Shown: positions 19,244 to 29,404, numbered from the stretch's first letter. The stretch is DNA of 64,000 bases from Terriglobia bacterium (GCA_963666975.2 CAXVYR010000004.1:2304001-2368000), one strand, 5' to 3'. Notes: generated by a model from the sequence alone, not told the origin. Numbers and translations: made by a program.

Positions 19244-20847
19244 AGAATCCGCCACCCAGCAAGGTTCATGTTAAGGCCACCCCCGAGCAGGAGGCAGCCT
19301 CGCGTCTGGCGGAGTTTCGCAAGCTCCATGAGCGGGGAGCGCTCAATGCTGAAGTTACCGAAAAGTTCGCGACCGAAGCGGCTGCGGCTTTCTTGAGTCA
19401 ACCTCGCGAGCGAGACGCCTATCTCAAAGACGCCATCGCGCTGCTTGCTGAAATCTCGACGCTGGAAGAGCCATCCTTGGCGGAGCCCGGCCACCGTGCC
19501 ACCTTTCCATTGTTGGTGGAATACCTCAGCGATTCCTTCGATCCGCAGCAATGCCTTCTCTATGACCGTGCCTTTGCCCAGATGATTACCTTCTGCCGGA
19601 AGCTGCCCGCCGCAAAGGAACTGGATGCCGCCTTGCGGCAATTCGGCCTGAAAAGCGAGCGGGACCTGCTCGACCGCAAAGCCCGGATAAGAGAACGGAT
19701 GAGAGAGAGGTCGGGGGAAAATAAACCGCTTCTCGACACGGACGCGCAGCGGAAGGTCCGCAAGGTGCTGGTGCTCTCTCGCGTCACCTTGGGGGCCGAC
19801 GTGGCCGTAACCAGCGTCGTGTTGGAAAAGGCCAAGCGTGTTTTCCCACAAGCCGAACGGGTGTTGATCGGCTCCCTGAAGCTCGAGCAATTGTTCGGGG
19901 GCGACAGCACCCTCAGAATCCGCGACGTCCGGTACAAGACGAGCGGCGGCCTGCTGGACCGTCTGCTCGGCTGGCTTCCCGTGATCGGGGCGGTGGAGGA
20001 AGAAACACGGAACCTTGCCACGGAACAGTTCGTAGTGATTGACCCCGACTCCCGGCTATTGCAGCTCGGCCTGCTGCCGGTAGTTCGTCCTGCCGCTCAT
20101 GACGATTCGCGATACTTTTTCCTGGAGAGCCGCCTCTTTGGCGAGCCGGGCCAGGGCAGCATCAGCCGTATCACTCTTGGCTGGCTGAACGGAATTTTCG
20201 GCGGCGAGGACGAGATTTTTCCCGCCGTCGACCTCCGGGAAGCTGACCGCAGCCTCGGCCTGGATTTGTGCCGCAAGCTCCGGCAGAGTGGCTCGGGCTT
20301 CCTGGTAGCGGTCAGCTTCGGCGTAGGAGGAAATCAGAGCAAGCGCCTGCCGGATCCGTTTGAGGAGCAGCTATTGTCCCGCTTGCTCGATGACGGCTGC
20401 ACGGTGCTGCTGGACAAAGGGTTTGGTGAAGAGGAGCGCGACCGCGCCGGCCGCCTCGTGGAGCGTGTCCGGGCAGGCGGGCAAACAGTCATCGAGCTGA
20501 ATCAAAGCAGCGCCATTGCGGAATTGGCTGCCCGGGAGCTTCGCTGCCGGATGCTGACATGGCAGGGGGAAATCGGTTTTTTCAGCGCGTTGGTTGCGGG
20601 TTGCGATGAATATATTGGTTACGATTCGGCCGGCCAGCACATTGCGGCAGCTCTCGGGGTGCCGGCGCTCGATATTTTTACTGACTCTGCTTCGGAGGTT
20701 TTTCGGGAACGGTGGCGGCCCACAGGTCAAGGAATCGTACAGGTAGTGGCCGCCCCGCTCTTGCAGGAAAGTCCGGGCCCGATCCTTGAGAACGTAGTAT
20801 CCCTTCACGGGAAAATCAAATCCGGCGACATGAACACTGAGAAGTAA
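19240..20847 (+). CDS. Glycosyltransferase family 9 (heptosyltransferase-like)
   Basis: LSRVTLGAD and YIGYDSAGQHIAAALGVP motifs. Confidence 0.7.
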   Translation: MKNPPPSKVHVKATPEQEAASRLAEFRKLHERGALNAEVTEKFATEAAAAFLSQPRERDAYLKDAIALLAEISTLEEPSLAEPGHRATFPLLVEYLSDSFDPQQCLLYDRAFAQMITFCRKLPAAKELDAALRQFGLKSERDLLDRKARIRERMRERSGENKPLLDTDAQRKVRKVLVLSRVTLGADVAVTSVVLEKAKRVFPQAERVLIGSLKLEQLFGGDSTLRIRDVRYKTSGGLLDRLLGWLPVIGAVEEETRNLATEQFVVIDPDSRLLQLGLLPVVRPAAHDDSRYFFLESRLFGEPGQGSISRITLGWLNGIFGGEDEIFPAVDLREADRSLGLDLCRKLRQSGSGFLVAVSFGVGGNQSKRLPDPFEEQLLSRLLDDGCTVLLDKGFGEEERDRAGRLVERVRAGGQTVIELNQSSAIAELAARELRCRMLTWQGEIGFFSALVAGCDEYIGYDSAGQHIAAALGVPALDIFTDSASEVFRERWRPTGQGIVQVVAAPLLQESPGPILENVVSLHGKIKSGDMNTEK

Positions 20848-21065
20848 GCAAGCTGCGGCCTTACTTTACGGTCCGGCAAGGTGTGTTAGCAGGGAAACGG
20901 ACAAGAAGGAATGAGCAATAAATGGTCCCAGGTTTTTCCGCGGTCCCTAGTCCTTCGACTTGCCTTATGGAAGGCGAGTCGGGTGGCTTCCTGTCAAGTT
21001 CCACGAACTAACGCGTGAACTCCGCAGGGAAACCACCCGCCTAGGCGTTAGCTTTGGCGTTAGCT

Positions 21066-21713
21066 TTATAGATGCAAGTTGCCATGCATCGGAGCATGCG
21101 GCGAAAACATGCCGGGCTTGCCTCTTAAGGTGTCGGCGCCCGCCGGGCCTGGGAACCCATGTCCCCGTTGCTGCCGGAAACCACCGCGCCGTTGCGGCCC
21201 GAAACCGCCACGCCGTTGCCGGGGTCTCTCGATGAGTCCAAAGGCGGCCAGCGGTCCCCCCTGGGGAGCCAGCCTCACTGCCTCTTGAATTTGGGCAACC
21301 TTATCTTGCTGCGTCGCAGTTAATAGGGTCATTGCAGCCTCCCGGAAGGATGCTTCCAGGTCCTGCCTGACCTGCCGCACCTGCGCTTGCAGGCTTCGCT
21401 GCTGAATCAAAATGGAGCCGATCTGTCCGGGGTCCGGGCTGGTCGAGTTCAGCAACTCGTTCTTTTGCTGTTCCAATTGCCGGATTTGGCTCGTCCATTC
21501 GCGTATTTGGGTCCTCTGAGTCTCTGTTGTTTGGCGATGGGTTTGTCTCAGTTCCGCGAATTGCTGAACCTGTGCGTCAGTCAGCTCCAAGATCCTTTTG
21601 AGAGCCTCCACCGGTCTCCGTCGGCGGGGAGATGTGGAGTCATCCTGAGCCTGTGCAGAAATCGTGAGCAACAGCAAGCACGCCGCTACTATGGCAAACA
21701 ATTTGGTCTTCAT
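21066..21713 (-). CDS. Exported Spy/CpxP-like helical protein
   Basis: Signal peptide (…ISAQA), LELTDAQ and LLTATQ LTxxQ motifs. Confidence 0.7.
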   Translation of the reverse strand: MKTKLFAIVAACLLLLTISAQAQDDSTSPRRRRPVEALKRILELTDAQVQQFAELRQTHRQTTETQRTQIREWTSQIRQLEQQKNELLNSTSPDPGQIGSILIQQRSLQAQVRQVRQDLEASFREAAMTLLTATQQDKVAQIQEAVRLAPQGGPLAAFGLIERPRQRRGGFGPQRRGGFRQQRGHGFPGPAGADTLRGKPGMFSPHAPMHGNLHL

Positions 21714-21840
21714 TGGCAATCTCCTCAAATATCGTTTTATTTACTTTGCAAAAAATTCTTCAGGGCACCCCTCGCGACGGGGCGCCTCTTTTCGGGTTGA
21801 GACCCAATATGGGCTTCAGAATTGTAAACCCAGGTTCTCG

Positions 21841-22050
21841 CTAAAAGTTGCTGTTAGAATTGGCGGCTGGAATCACCATCGGTGCATAACCATCCAGTGC
21901 CGGCCACGCCGGTGCTTCCTCCATGGCCGGGGTCTCTGCCGGACGCTGGCAGCCCGCACCGAATAACCACAGAGCACCGGCGACGGCCAACAATAAACGT
22001 TTGCCAAAAGGCGTTCTGCCGGAGCCCAAAGTGATTTTCCAAGCTTCATG
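21841..22050 (-). pseudogene. N-terminal remnant of a lipoprotein (possibly cytochrome c peroxidase-like)
   Basis: LLLAVAGALWLFGAGC lipobox followed by WPALDGYAPMVIPAAN, then an early stop. Confidence 0.3.
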
Positions 22051-22234
22051 AATTCTCCATTTTCAATTTCCTCTTGAGTGTCTGATGGAACCTCTCCCCC
22101 CGCCAGTGCAGGACATTCTAAAATCACTCGCGGGTGAAATCTATGGCTTTGCAATGATTTAGTTTCGCAGCAGCCTGGTTCCCACTCGGCCTCTGGACCG
22201 GGAACTGATAAAATAGATTGTTTTTATGGGTTGA

Positions 22235-22249
22235 ATAAGTAATATTTAT
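22235..22249. promoter_or_regulatory. Putative LysR T-N11-A box
   Basis: ATAAGTAATATTTAT palindrome in the AT-rich region just upstream of the LysR gene. Confidence 0.4.
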
Positions 22250-22295
22250 CCATTAAAAACAGACCGGTGAGGAGAACAGGCCGGCCCCAGCTGGC

Positions 22296-23198
22296 ATGGA
22301 ACCTATGGATCTGGATCAGGTTACCGCTTTTCTGGAAGTGGCTCGCAAGCAGAGTTTCTCGCGGGCGGCGGAAAAGCTCTATCGCACGCAACCGGCCATC
22401 AGCGCGCAGATTCGGGCGCTGGAGACCGAGTGCGGGCAGAAACTGTTTGACCGGCTGGGGCGAAAAATTTTCCTTACCCCGGCGGGCAAGGTCCTGTTTG
22501 AATGCGGAGAACATCTGGTGACTCTGCACCGGGAAACCCTGCAACGGGTCCGCGAGGCCCACGGCGCGGCGGGCGGCACGCTGGTCGTAGGGGCCAACGA
22601 GGCCACCTGTTTGTATGTGCTTCCGCAGGTATTTGCCGAGTTCAAACGGAAATATCCGCAGGTGGCAATCAGTATCTATCGCAATTTCAGCCAGAAGATT
22701 CTGCTAAAAATGGCAGAGAGCCAGATCGACGTAGGAATTGTCACTCTCCCGGTGGCGCAGAGCAACTTGAAGGTAATCCCCATCTTTGAAGATGAGTTGC
22801 AAGTCGTGGTTCCTGCGGGACACCGGCTGGCGAAGCGGGCCTCGGTGAAACGGGAGGACTTGGTGGAGGAGCAGTTGATCTTCCCGAAAGGCGGCCATAC
22901 CCGCGAGTTGCTGGAGAAAATCTTCCGTAAGCAGCGCAGCCGTTTGCAGATCTCCATGGAGCTGGCCAGCGTGGAGAGCATCAAGAAGTTCGTCGGCGCG
23001 GGGCTGGGGATCTCATTGATCAGCCGCTCCTATGCCGAGATGGAAACCAAATCGAACATCTTGAAACTGATCCCGCTCCAGGGCCCCAAGCTGGTGCGGC
23101 GGCTGGGCTTGGTCTACCGCATCGACCGCCATCTTTCCCACGCGGCGCAGGCGTTTGCGGAGATCGTACACTCCCGCAACTCAAAAGCTTCTTCGTAA
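22296..23198 (+). CDS. LysR-family transcriptional regulator
   Basis: SFSRAAEKLYRTQPAISAQIRALE HTH plus substrate-binding domain. Confidence 0.95.
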   Translation: MEPMDLDQVTAFLEVARKQSFSRAAEKLYRTQPAISAQIRALETECGQKLFDRLGRKIFLTPAGKVLFECGEHLVTLHRETLQRVREAHGAAGGTLVVGANEATCLYVLPQVFAEFKRKYPQVAISIYRNFSQKILLKMAESQIDVGIVTLPVAQSNLKVIPIFEDELQVVVPAGHRLAKRASVKREDLVEEQLIFPKGGHTRELLEKIFRKQRSRLQISMELASVESIKKFVGAGLGISLISRSYAEMETKSNILKLIPLQGPKLVRRLGLVYRIDRHLSHAAQAFAEIVHSRNSKASS

Positions 23199-23353
23199 GA
23201 CCGCGGCACATGCAGTTGGCAATCCGCCGCTGGGCATCTCCTGAGGACGCTGGCTTACCTGCGCTGCCTATAAAACCCGGCAACTTCCCATGTTCCGTTA
23301 TCCAAATTAGGCCAGTTCCAGAGTTGGTGTGAAATGCGTTGCTGATGAATCCA

Positions 23354-23405
23354 TCCGAGCCGCGACCGTGAGGGAGCGGACAAATGACGTTTTTCAACAA
23401 TCTGC
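23354..23405 (+). repeat. Partial copy (right end) of the MITE at 27741
   Basis: TCCGAGCCGCGACCGTGAGGGAGCGGACAAATGACGTTTTTCAACAA matches 27820-27890 without its internal insert. Confidence 0.7.
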
Positions 23406-25030
23406 TAAAGAGCCGGTTGCCGCTGGTGCCAATCGGTGGCCGATTCGTAGGCGTAGGCCAGGGCCAGCACCACCGCATCCTGAAACGGCTTGCCGGATAT
23501 CTGGAGTCCGATGGGCAATCCCGGCGGCGCAGTCGAAAAACCCGCTGGCACCGAGATAGCGGGAAACCCTAGCATATTGAACTCTGCACGAAAAGTAATG
23601 GCAGGGTTCGCCGTTTCCCCGGCGGGAGCCGGCATGGTGGGGGTCAGAAATGCGTCCAGGGGTTCATAAAGCTGGAGCATCTCCCGGATGAAGACCTTGC
23701 GGACCTGCTGGGCGCGAAGGTATTGGGCGGCGGTCAGCAGCGAACCGGCCTCGACGGTGGTCCGCACCCGCGACACGGGCGCTCCCGCGGGGTTGTCTGC
23801 TCCGTACAGGCCGACCCGGGTCAGCAGATACTGCCGGTGGTAGGTGGCGGCATCGCTGATACGGATAATACGCTGCGCGTCGGAAGCGACGTGGATGCTC
23901 GGCGGCAGGACCACTTCCCGGACTTCGGCTCCGAGATCTTCCATCACCTGGACGGCGCGGCGAAACGCGCTCAGGGTATCGGGGTGGAAGTCCGCGAGAA
24001 CCGTGGAGGACGGAATGGCTAGCTGCATCCCCCGAACATTTCTTCGCAGCAGGGCGGGGTAGTCGGGAACAGGCACGCGCGCGCTGTCGCGGTCATTGGG
24101 ATCGTATCCGGCGATGACTTTCAGGAGGATGGCGCAGTCCTCCACGCGCTTGGCCATCGGTCCCAGATGGTCGAGCGTCCAGCTAATGGGAACCACACCG
24201 TAGCGGCTGACCACGCCGAAGGTGGGTTTGTGTCCCACCACGCCGCAGGTGCTGGCAGGATTGCGAATGGAACCGGAGGTGTCGCCTCCGGTCGCGCCCA
24301 AAAGGAATGAGGCGGCCAGGGCGGCGCCGGAGCCGCCGCTGGAGCCCCCCGCGTTGCGGGACAGATCCCACGGGTTGTTCGTGCCCGCGGTAAATCCGCC
24401 GAAAGAGAACTCCGGCAGATTTGTCTTCCCGATCACGATGGCCCCGGCTTCTTTCAAGCGGCGGACGATAGTAGCGTCGAAGTCCGGGACAAAGTTTCGG
24501 AGCACCGCCGTCGCGGCCGTGGTCCGGATGCCGCGCGTGTAAAAGGTGTCCTTGAACCCCACTGGAATTCCGTGGAGCGGTCCCCGGTATCTTCCCTGCT
24601 GGATTTCCTGCTCGGCCCTGCGGGAGGCCTCCAGAGCCTCGTCGGCGGCCACCGTGATAAATGCCCCGACCTTGGGTTCCAGCGCCGCAATGCGGTCGAG
24701 CACGGCCTGGGTCAGCTCGACCGGCGAGAGTTGCTTTTGGCGAATCCGGGCGGCTGCTTCCACCAGGGTGAGCGACGGCAGGTCGATGTCCTGAGAACCG
24801 CTGCCCGTTGCAGGAGCCTGCGCAGATGTCAGAGAGGAAGCCGCTGAGGGAGAAGCCTTGGCCAGGGGCGAAAGCGTCAGGCCGGCAACGGCAGCCGCTG
24901 AAATCTCCAGAAAGCCGCGACGCGTCGTCTTCGATTGTTTTACTTCGGCTGCTTTTAAGCCGGATTGTTTTACGCCGGGTGTATTCGTCTCGGGAAGTTT
25001 TACGGAAGGTTTCCCGCGAGGCTGTTTCAC
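23405..25030 (-). CDS. Amidase signature family enzyme with Tat-like leader
   Basis: GFKD, GGSSGGS and GGDTSGSIRNP (Lys-cisSer-Ser triad); TRRGFLEISAAAVAG…AKA; start uncertain (25030 or 25066). Confidence 0.9.
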   Translation of the reverse strand: MKQPRGKPSVKLPETNTPGVKQSGLKAAEVKQSKTTRRGFLEISAAAVAGLTLSPLAKASPSAASSLTSAQAPATGSGSQDIDLPSLTLVEAAARIRQKQLSPVELTQAVLDRIAALEPKVGAFITVAADEALEASRRAEQEIQQGRYRGPLHGIPVGFKDTFYTRGIRTTAATAVLRNFVPDFDATIVRRLKEAGAIVIGKTNLPEFSFGGFTAGTNNPWDLSRNAGGSSGGSGAALAASFLLGATGGDTSGSIRNPASTCGVVGHKPTFGVVSRYGVVPISWTLDHLGPMAKRVEDCAILLKVIAGYDPNDRDSARVPVPDYPALLRRNVRGMQLAIPSSTVLADFHPDTLSAFRRAVQVMEDLGAEVREVVLPPSIHVASDAQRIIRISDAATYHRQYLLTRVGLYGADNPAGAPVSRVRTTVEAGSLLTAAQYLRAQQVRKVFIREMLQLYEPLDAFLTPTMPAPAGETANPAITFRAEFNMLGFPAISVPAGFSTAPPGLPIGLQISGKPFQDAVVLALAYAYESATDWHQRQPAL

Positions 25031-25034
25031 GGCG

Positions 25035-25265
25035 TCACCTCCTCTCCGGCGGCTGTCCTTGCGCATCCTCTTGAGTGAGAGAGAAGATCGTAGCCGGCGC
25101 CGCCTCCCTGTCCAATGGAAAGGCGTTCAGGCGCGCCATCGATTCCAAAAAGACTTTGTATTGCTCCAGGACGATCTCCAGCCGGTTTTCCGGGATGTTC
25201 AGCCCGTTGGCCAGCGCCAGGGACCGGATCAATTCCGTCGTCACTTGATTCGGATCTGCTTGCAT
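25035..25265 (-). CDS. Small GatC/AtzG-like amidase partner
   Basis: 76 aa, LIRSLALANGLNIPENRL…EAAPATIF, directly upstream of the amidase; RBS GGAGGAG. Confidence 0.6.
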   Translation of the reverse strand: MQADPNQVTTELIRSLALANGLNIPENRLEIVLEQYKVFLESMARLNAFPLDREAAPATIFSLTQEDAQGQPPERR

Positions 25266-25657
25266 AGTCTCCTCCGTGAAAACTGTTTCCCCGCCGGGGG
25301 GGCAAAATGGAATCAATTCTGCCGAACGCGTCTGACGCCGAATGCGTTGCACATTTCGTCTTACAATGCGTCTTACAGTGCGTCTGGCAAGGACCCTGTC
25401 GCGAGGTATTCTACACCTGATTTTCCGCTGCTGTATCCGCGAAGGTTATCTTTTCCCGGTCAACCGCAGGAAAGCGGGATGGAGAGAACAGAAGGAAGAG
25501 AAAGAGTCTTGTGGGAAACGTTCCTTTCGGAGCGTAAAACTTTCCGGAAGCAGTTCTGTGCGGGGATGATTGAAAGAAGGTCTGCGGGTTAGTGCCCGAG
25601 TTCGTGCTTAAGTTAGGCCCAGGTCAGGTCCAAGCGAGTCTATGCCGCTCGGGAGAA

Positions 25658-25903
25658 CTATCCTCTTGGGGATAACGAGCCGGCAGCCGCGCCCATCGCC
25701 TTGATTTCCTTTGGCTCTCCCCGCAGGAACTTCATTTTTTCCCAGCTATACGGGAACTCTTTGCCGCAATCGAGGCACACAATGTAGGTTGCCCGCGGCA
25801 CACCCGATTGTTGTCCCCCGGCCGCCGTCTCCCGCCGGGGCGTAATCGGAAAGCCGGTATTACGATGAGTACAGCCGAACAGATAATCCATCCACACGCT
25901 CAT
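25658..25903 (-). CDS. Small Cys/His-containing hypothetical protein
   Basis: LFGCTH…FPIT…TYIVCLDCGKEFPYSW. Confidence 0.65.
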   Translation of the reverse strand: MSVWMDYLFGCTHRNTGFPITPRRETAAGGQQSGVPRATYIVCLDCGKEFPYSWEKMKFLRGEPKEIKAMGAAAGSLSPRG

Positions 25904-26187
25904 GGTTCTTGAACCTCGATGCTTGCCAACTCGCTATTTACTGCTGGATGCTTGGGCCACAGCGTGCCGCTTGCCCGCCGTTGCTTTCTGTTTTAGAGCC
26001 TGCCTGTTTTTGCTCCTGTACGATTTGATGCTCGTATGGGGGGCAAAGATTCACCGTTCTACTCTTCGTCACGATATTGCGATTCTACTATCAAAAGAAT
26101 CTAATCGTGTTCCGTCCGGGCGATTTTCCGGCAGTTACTGAATGAGTTCATGGTTTCTTGCAGGCGGGATGGAAGACGCGTCACGAA

Positions 26188-26439
26188 TTAATCACGGCCG
26201 GGCGGATCCTGCTCCATGCGCTTGCGGATCGCTTCCTGGAGCTTGTCGTGGAGGCCTTCGGGGAGGGGATAGGGTTCAGACCCCCGGAAAATCTGAATGG
26301 TTTTCCGGGTCGTATCGAGAACCACCCAACAGTTGGGACAATCCTTCAGGTGTTGTTCCAACTCCTGGCGAAGCTCCGCAGCCACTTCATTGTCCAGGTA
26401 GTTGGAAAGTTCGGCCAAAACTTCGCTGCACGTTAACAA
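26188..26439 (-). CDS. Zinc-binding anti-sigma factor (zf-HC2)
   Basis: C…LSNYLD…HLKDCPNC (HxxxCxxC); overlaps the sigma factor stop. Confidence 0.9.
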   Translation of the reverse strand: MLTCSEVLAELSNYLDNEVAAELRQELEQHLKDCPNCWVVLDTTRKTIQIFRGSEPYPLPEGLHDKLQEAIRKRMEQDPPGRD

Positions 26440-27050
26440 GAGAGTTTCCCTCGCTGGAAGTATCGGTTTATTTCTTCCCGCAGTTGCAGCCGGGCGCGCA
26501 GCAGACGCGATTTTACCGCCGAAACCGACAGGTTCAATGCCTCGGCTGTTTCTGTCGTTGAAAGCTGCTCCATATCCCGCAGGATGAACACGGTCCGGAA
26601 CGGCGCCGGGAGCGAATTCACCGCCCGTTCCAAAATTTCATGCAGTTCCTGTTGTGCGTATTGCTGCTCCGGGTTATTCCCCCAATCGCTGATCTCCCGG
26701 GGGACAAAGCCTGCTTCGGTTTCCACGGGATCGTCGAGCGAAACCGACGCGGCGACCTTTCGCTTCCGCAGCTTCATCAGCGATTCATTGACCGCAATCC
26801 GCACCAGCCATGTGTAGAACCGGGAATTTCCTTCAAACTGCGAGAGGTGTGAGTACGCCTTCAGGAATGTCTCTTGCAAGGCGTCCTCGGCGTCTTCCCG
26901 ATTCCGGGTGATGTGCTGCGTCAGCCGGAAGATCTTTCGGTCATGCCGGTTGACCAGCTCGCCGAAGGCTTCCACGCTGCCTTCTTTGGCCTGGTAGACC
27001 AACTCTGCATCATCAAGGATTCGCGCGTTCTGAGGCTCGGCCATTGCCAT
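26433..27050 (-). CDS. ECF sigma-70 factor
   Basis: DAEDALQETFLKAY, FYTWLVRIAVN, AVKSRLLRAR. Confidence 0.93.
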   Translation of the reverse strand: MAMAEPQNARILDDAELVYQAKEGSVEAFGELVNRHDRKIFRLTQHITRNREDAEDALQETFLKAYSHLSQFEGNSRFYTWLVRIAVNESLMKLRKRKVAASVSLDDPVETEAGFVPREISDWGNNPEQQYAQQELHEILERAVNSLPAPFRTVFILRDMEQLSTTETAEALNLSVSAVKSRLLRARLQLREEINRYFQRGKLSC

Positions 27051-27330
27051 CTCAACTGCAATTGTAAAAGGATTTCGCCCGCTTTCCCTGAAGTTCATTT
27101 TGCCCGTTCTGCCGGCGAATTGCAACACGCCGGAAGAGCACACACGCCTTCCAAGACAGGCGGCTGGCGGAGAAAGTGAACCGGACGGAGGGATGAAGAT
27201 GTAAGAATGAAAGATGCAAATGTAGTCGAAGCTGTTTCTTCCGTTCTCGTCTTTTTGAGTGACAGGATTTGTGACAAGGGGTAACATCCCCCCGTGAAAA
27301 GCTGAGATGCCGCGTTAGAGGGATATCCCT

Positions 27331-27655
27331 ATGCCCTGGTTTAGATTTTGTGGACTGGTGGTCTTTCTCTACCTTTCCTCCTTCCTCGCAATTTCTTATT
27401 CCCCAGCGCAGAACCTCATCACCGCAGGGGCAGGCGATCCGCTGTCGGCCACGATGGCGGCACCGAGCGTAACGATTGACGGCGTTCCGGCCGACGGTGA
27501 TATTCTTCTCCGGGCTGGCGCCGGGCTTTGTGGGGCTCTATCAGGTGGACGTGCAGGTTCCCCAGGATGTCTCCCCCCGGCACGGCGGTCCCCCCCCTGT
27601 GATGCTCACCATCAGCGGCGTCCCCTCCAATGCCGTGACTATTGCGGTCCAGTAG
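27331..27655 (+). pseudogene. Internally deleted and frameshifted gene: signal peptide fused to a TIGR03437-type C-terminal domain
   Basis: PSVTIDGVPA / FSGLAPGFVGLYQVDVQVP…LTISGVPSNAVTIAVQ* read across a frameshift. Confidence 0.65.
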
Positions 27656-27740
27656 CACGTGACCATCATATTAACAACCACATTAACAACCGAATTAACA
27701 ATCACCATAGCGCCCAAACAACCTCACCACTCTTTCTAGC

Positions 27741-27893
27741 AGGTTGTTGAAAAACTGGTGTATGGGTCCGCTTGCTAACGCGCGCGGCTCGGTATGTGCA
27801 GCCAAATCAGCACGCCGATTCCGAGCCGCGAGAGCCTGCCCCGAGCGAAGTCGAAGGGTGAGGGAGCGGGTAAATGGTGTTTTTCAACAACCT
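27741..27893. mobile_element. MITE with 15-bp perfect terminal inverted repeats and internal REP-like hairpins
   Basis: AGGTTGTTGAAAAAC … GTTTTTCAACAACCT; partial copies at 11456 and 23354. Confidence 0.75.
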
Positions 27894-27913
27894 CCTCGGC
27901 GAGCCTTGCCTCG

Positions 27914-29404
27914 CTATTGCGGATAGCGAAAGACTACCTGTAATTCCTCTCTCCAATTTTCATTGAGTCCGACGCGAACGGTTTCGACGGAAGAGGAGAA
28001 GTAGCGGAGAATGGTTTCACAGGTGGAATGAAACTGCAGAGCGGGGCTCACCAACAGTAAAAGCGGGGGTTGCGAGCTGACGCCCCGGACGCGAAAGGCT
28101 CCCTGGCGCTCAAATTTCCCGCGCTGCAAATGCCGGCAAACTCTCATCCAGTAATCCAGCGCCTGTAAAGGCAGATGGATGTCCTCAGAAACCTTCAGTT
28201 CCACCACAACCAGACGCCCTTGCGAATTCACCGCCAGCAAGTCAATCAACCCGCGCTCCGTTCCGGAAGCAGCGGGCACCTGCGCATAGGTTTCCACCGA
28301 GGTTAGATCATGTCCCAGGATGGCGATCTGCTGCGCCAGCAGGGTTTGCATCCACCTCTCCGGCTGGAGCCGGAAGAAGGGATGCAATGGGTCTTCCGGT
28401 CGGCCTTGGCGATAACGGAGGATTTTTGCCACCAACTCTTGCATTTCACTCCATGTGCGTTCCTCCAGCATGGTTTCCGAGCGTCCCACCCCAAAGACCA
28501 CCCCTGCTGGCGTTGATCTGGCAAAGGAAAGTCCCCGCACAGCCAGCACGGAGTGGCCGTCGCGGCCGGGGTGTTCCTCAATTGCCGTGCTCAAAGCTTT
28601 GATTTGTTCGATCCACTTCTCAAAGGCGTGCGGGAGTGGCGGCGGTTCCGCCGACGGCCTGAGACTGGTCGTCAAATTACCCACGTCAGCCGGATCGCAG
28701 CGGCGGACCTCCTCTGCAGTTTCGTAGACTTCCCAGCGGGCCCGCTTGGAGTCCATCCATGCCAGCCGTTCCAGTGTTGACTGGGCTCTTTCGGGCGGCA
28801 CAAAAACTTTTAGTCCTTCGATTACGAGAGCCGGGTTTCGTCGCCGCAGCCAATCGAGCCAAATGAGCCCGTAGGTCAGGATTCCCTCTGCGGCGGAAGA
28901 GTCCTCCTGCTCTCCCGATCCGATTACCGCCCAGGCCTGCTGCCCTCGCGTGAGGAGCCCGCGGGTGTAGCGGCCGGAGAAGGAATGCTTCAGGTCGGTC
29001 TCGGAAGTAAGTTTTTCGACCTTCCAATCAGGAAAAAGCTGGGCCAAGAATCGCCGCAGCCTCTGGCCATAACGGGAGCGCTCGCTCCTCCGGTCCAGTT
29101 GTGCCGGCCCTGCGCGGGACTCCGCCAGAATCAGCGTGCCGGGCGGTCCCTTTGCGAACTTCTGAAACTGAAGCTCCATTCGGCTGGCAGTTTCCTTCTT
29201 GATGCGGGTGATTTGGCGGACGAGGTTGGTTTGATCGTTCCAAACGTGGCACAGCAGCTTGTTGTACTCCGTAGTAAGCGAATAGTGACTTGCGGAAAGA
29301 TCGATTACCTCGCGGCCGGGCTCGGTCAGGACGGAGTGGTGCAGTCCCAGCAGAAACAGTTCAATCTTTTCTTTTAGGGCTTCCAGTGAACCGCTCGGCT
29401 GCAT
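27914..29404 (-). CDS. Hypothetical protein with C-terminal PD-(D/E)xK nuclease-like domain
   Basis: PERWMQ…IDLLAVNSQGRLVVVELK…LQALDY. Confidence 0.65.
   Translation of the reverse strand: MQPSGSLEALKEKIELFLLGLHHSVLTEPGREVIDLSASHYSLTTEYNKLLCHVWNDQTNLVRQITRIKKETASRMELQFQKFAKGPPGTLILAESRAGPAQLDRRSERSRYGQRLRRFLAQLFPDWKVEKLTSETDLKHSFSGRYTRGLLTRGQQAWAVIGSGEQEDSSAAEGILTYGLIWLDWLRRRNPALVIEGLKVFVPPERAQSTLERLAWMDSKRARWEVYETAEEVRRCDPADVGNLTTSLRPSAEPPPLPHAFEKWIEQIKALSTAIEEHPGRDGHSVLAVRGLSFARSTPAGVVFGVGRSETMLEERTWSEMQELVAKILRYRQGRPEDPLHPFFRLQPERWMQTLLAQQIAILGHDLTSVETYAQVPAASGTERGLIDLLAVNSQGRLVVVELKVSEDIHLPLQALDYWMRVCRHLQRGKFERQGAFRVRGVSSQPPLLLLVSPALQFHSTCETILRYFSSSVETVRVGLNENWREELQVVFRYPQ

Noticed and set aside
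21760-21830. Riboswitch in the leader of the Spy/CpxP-like gene
   Set aside because: Only one GC-rich hairpin; no aptamer consensus I can recognise
27667-27702. CRISPR-like array
   Set aside because: Contiguous 12-bp tandem units with no spacers; I saw no repeat-spacer array or cas gene anywhere in the window
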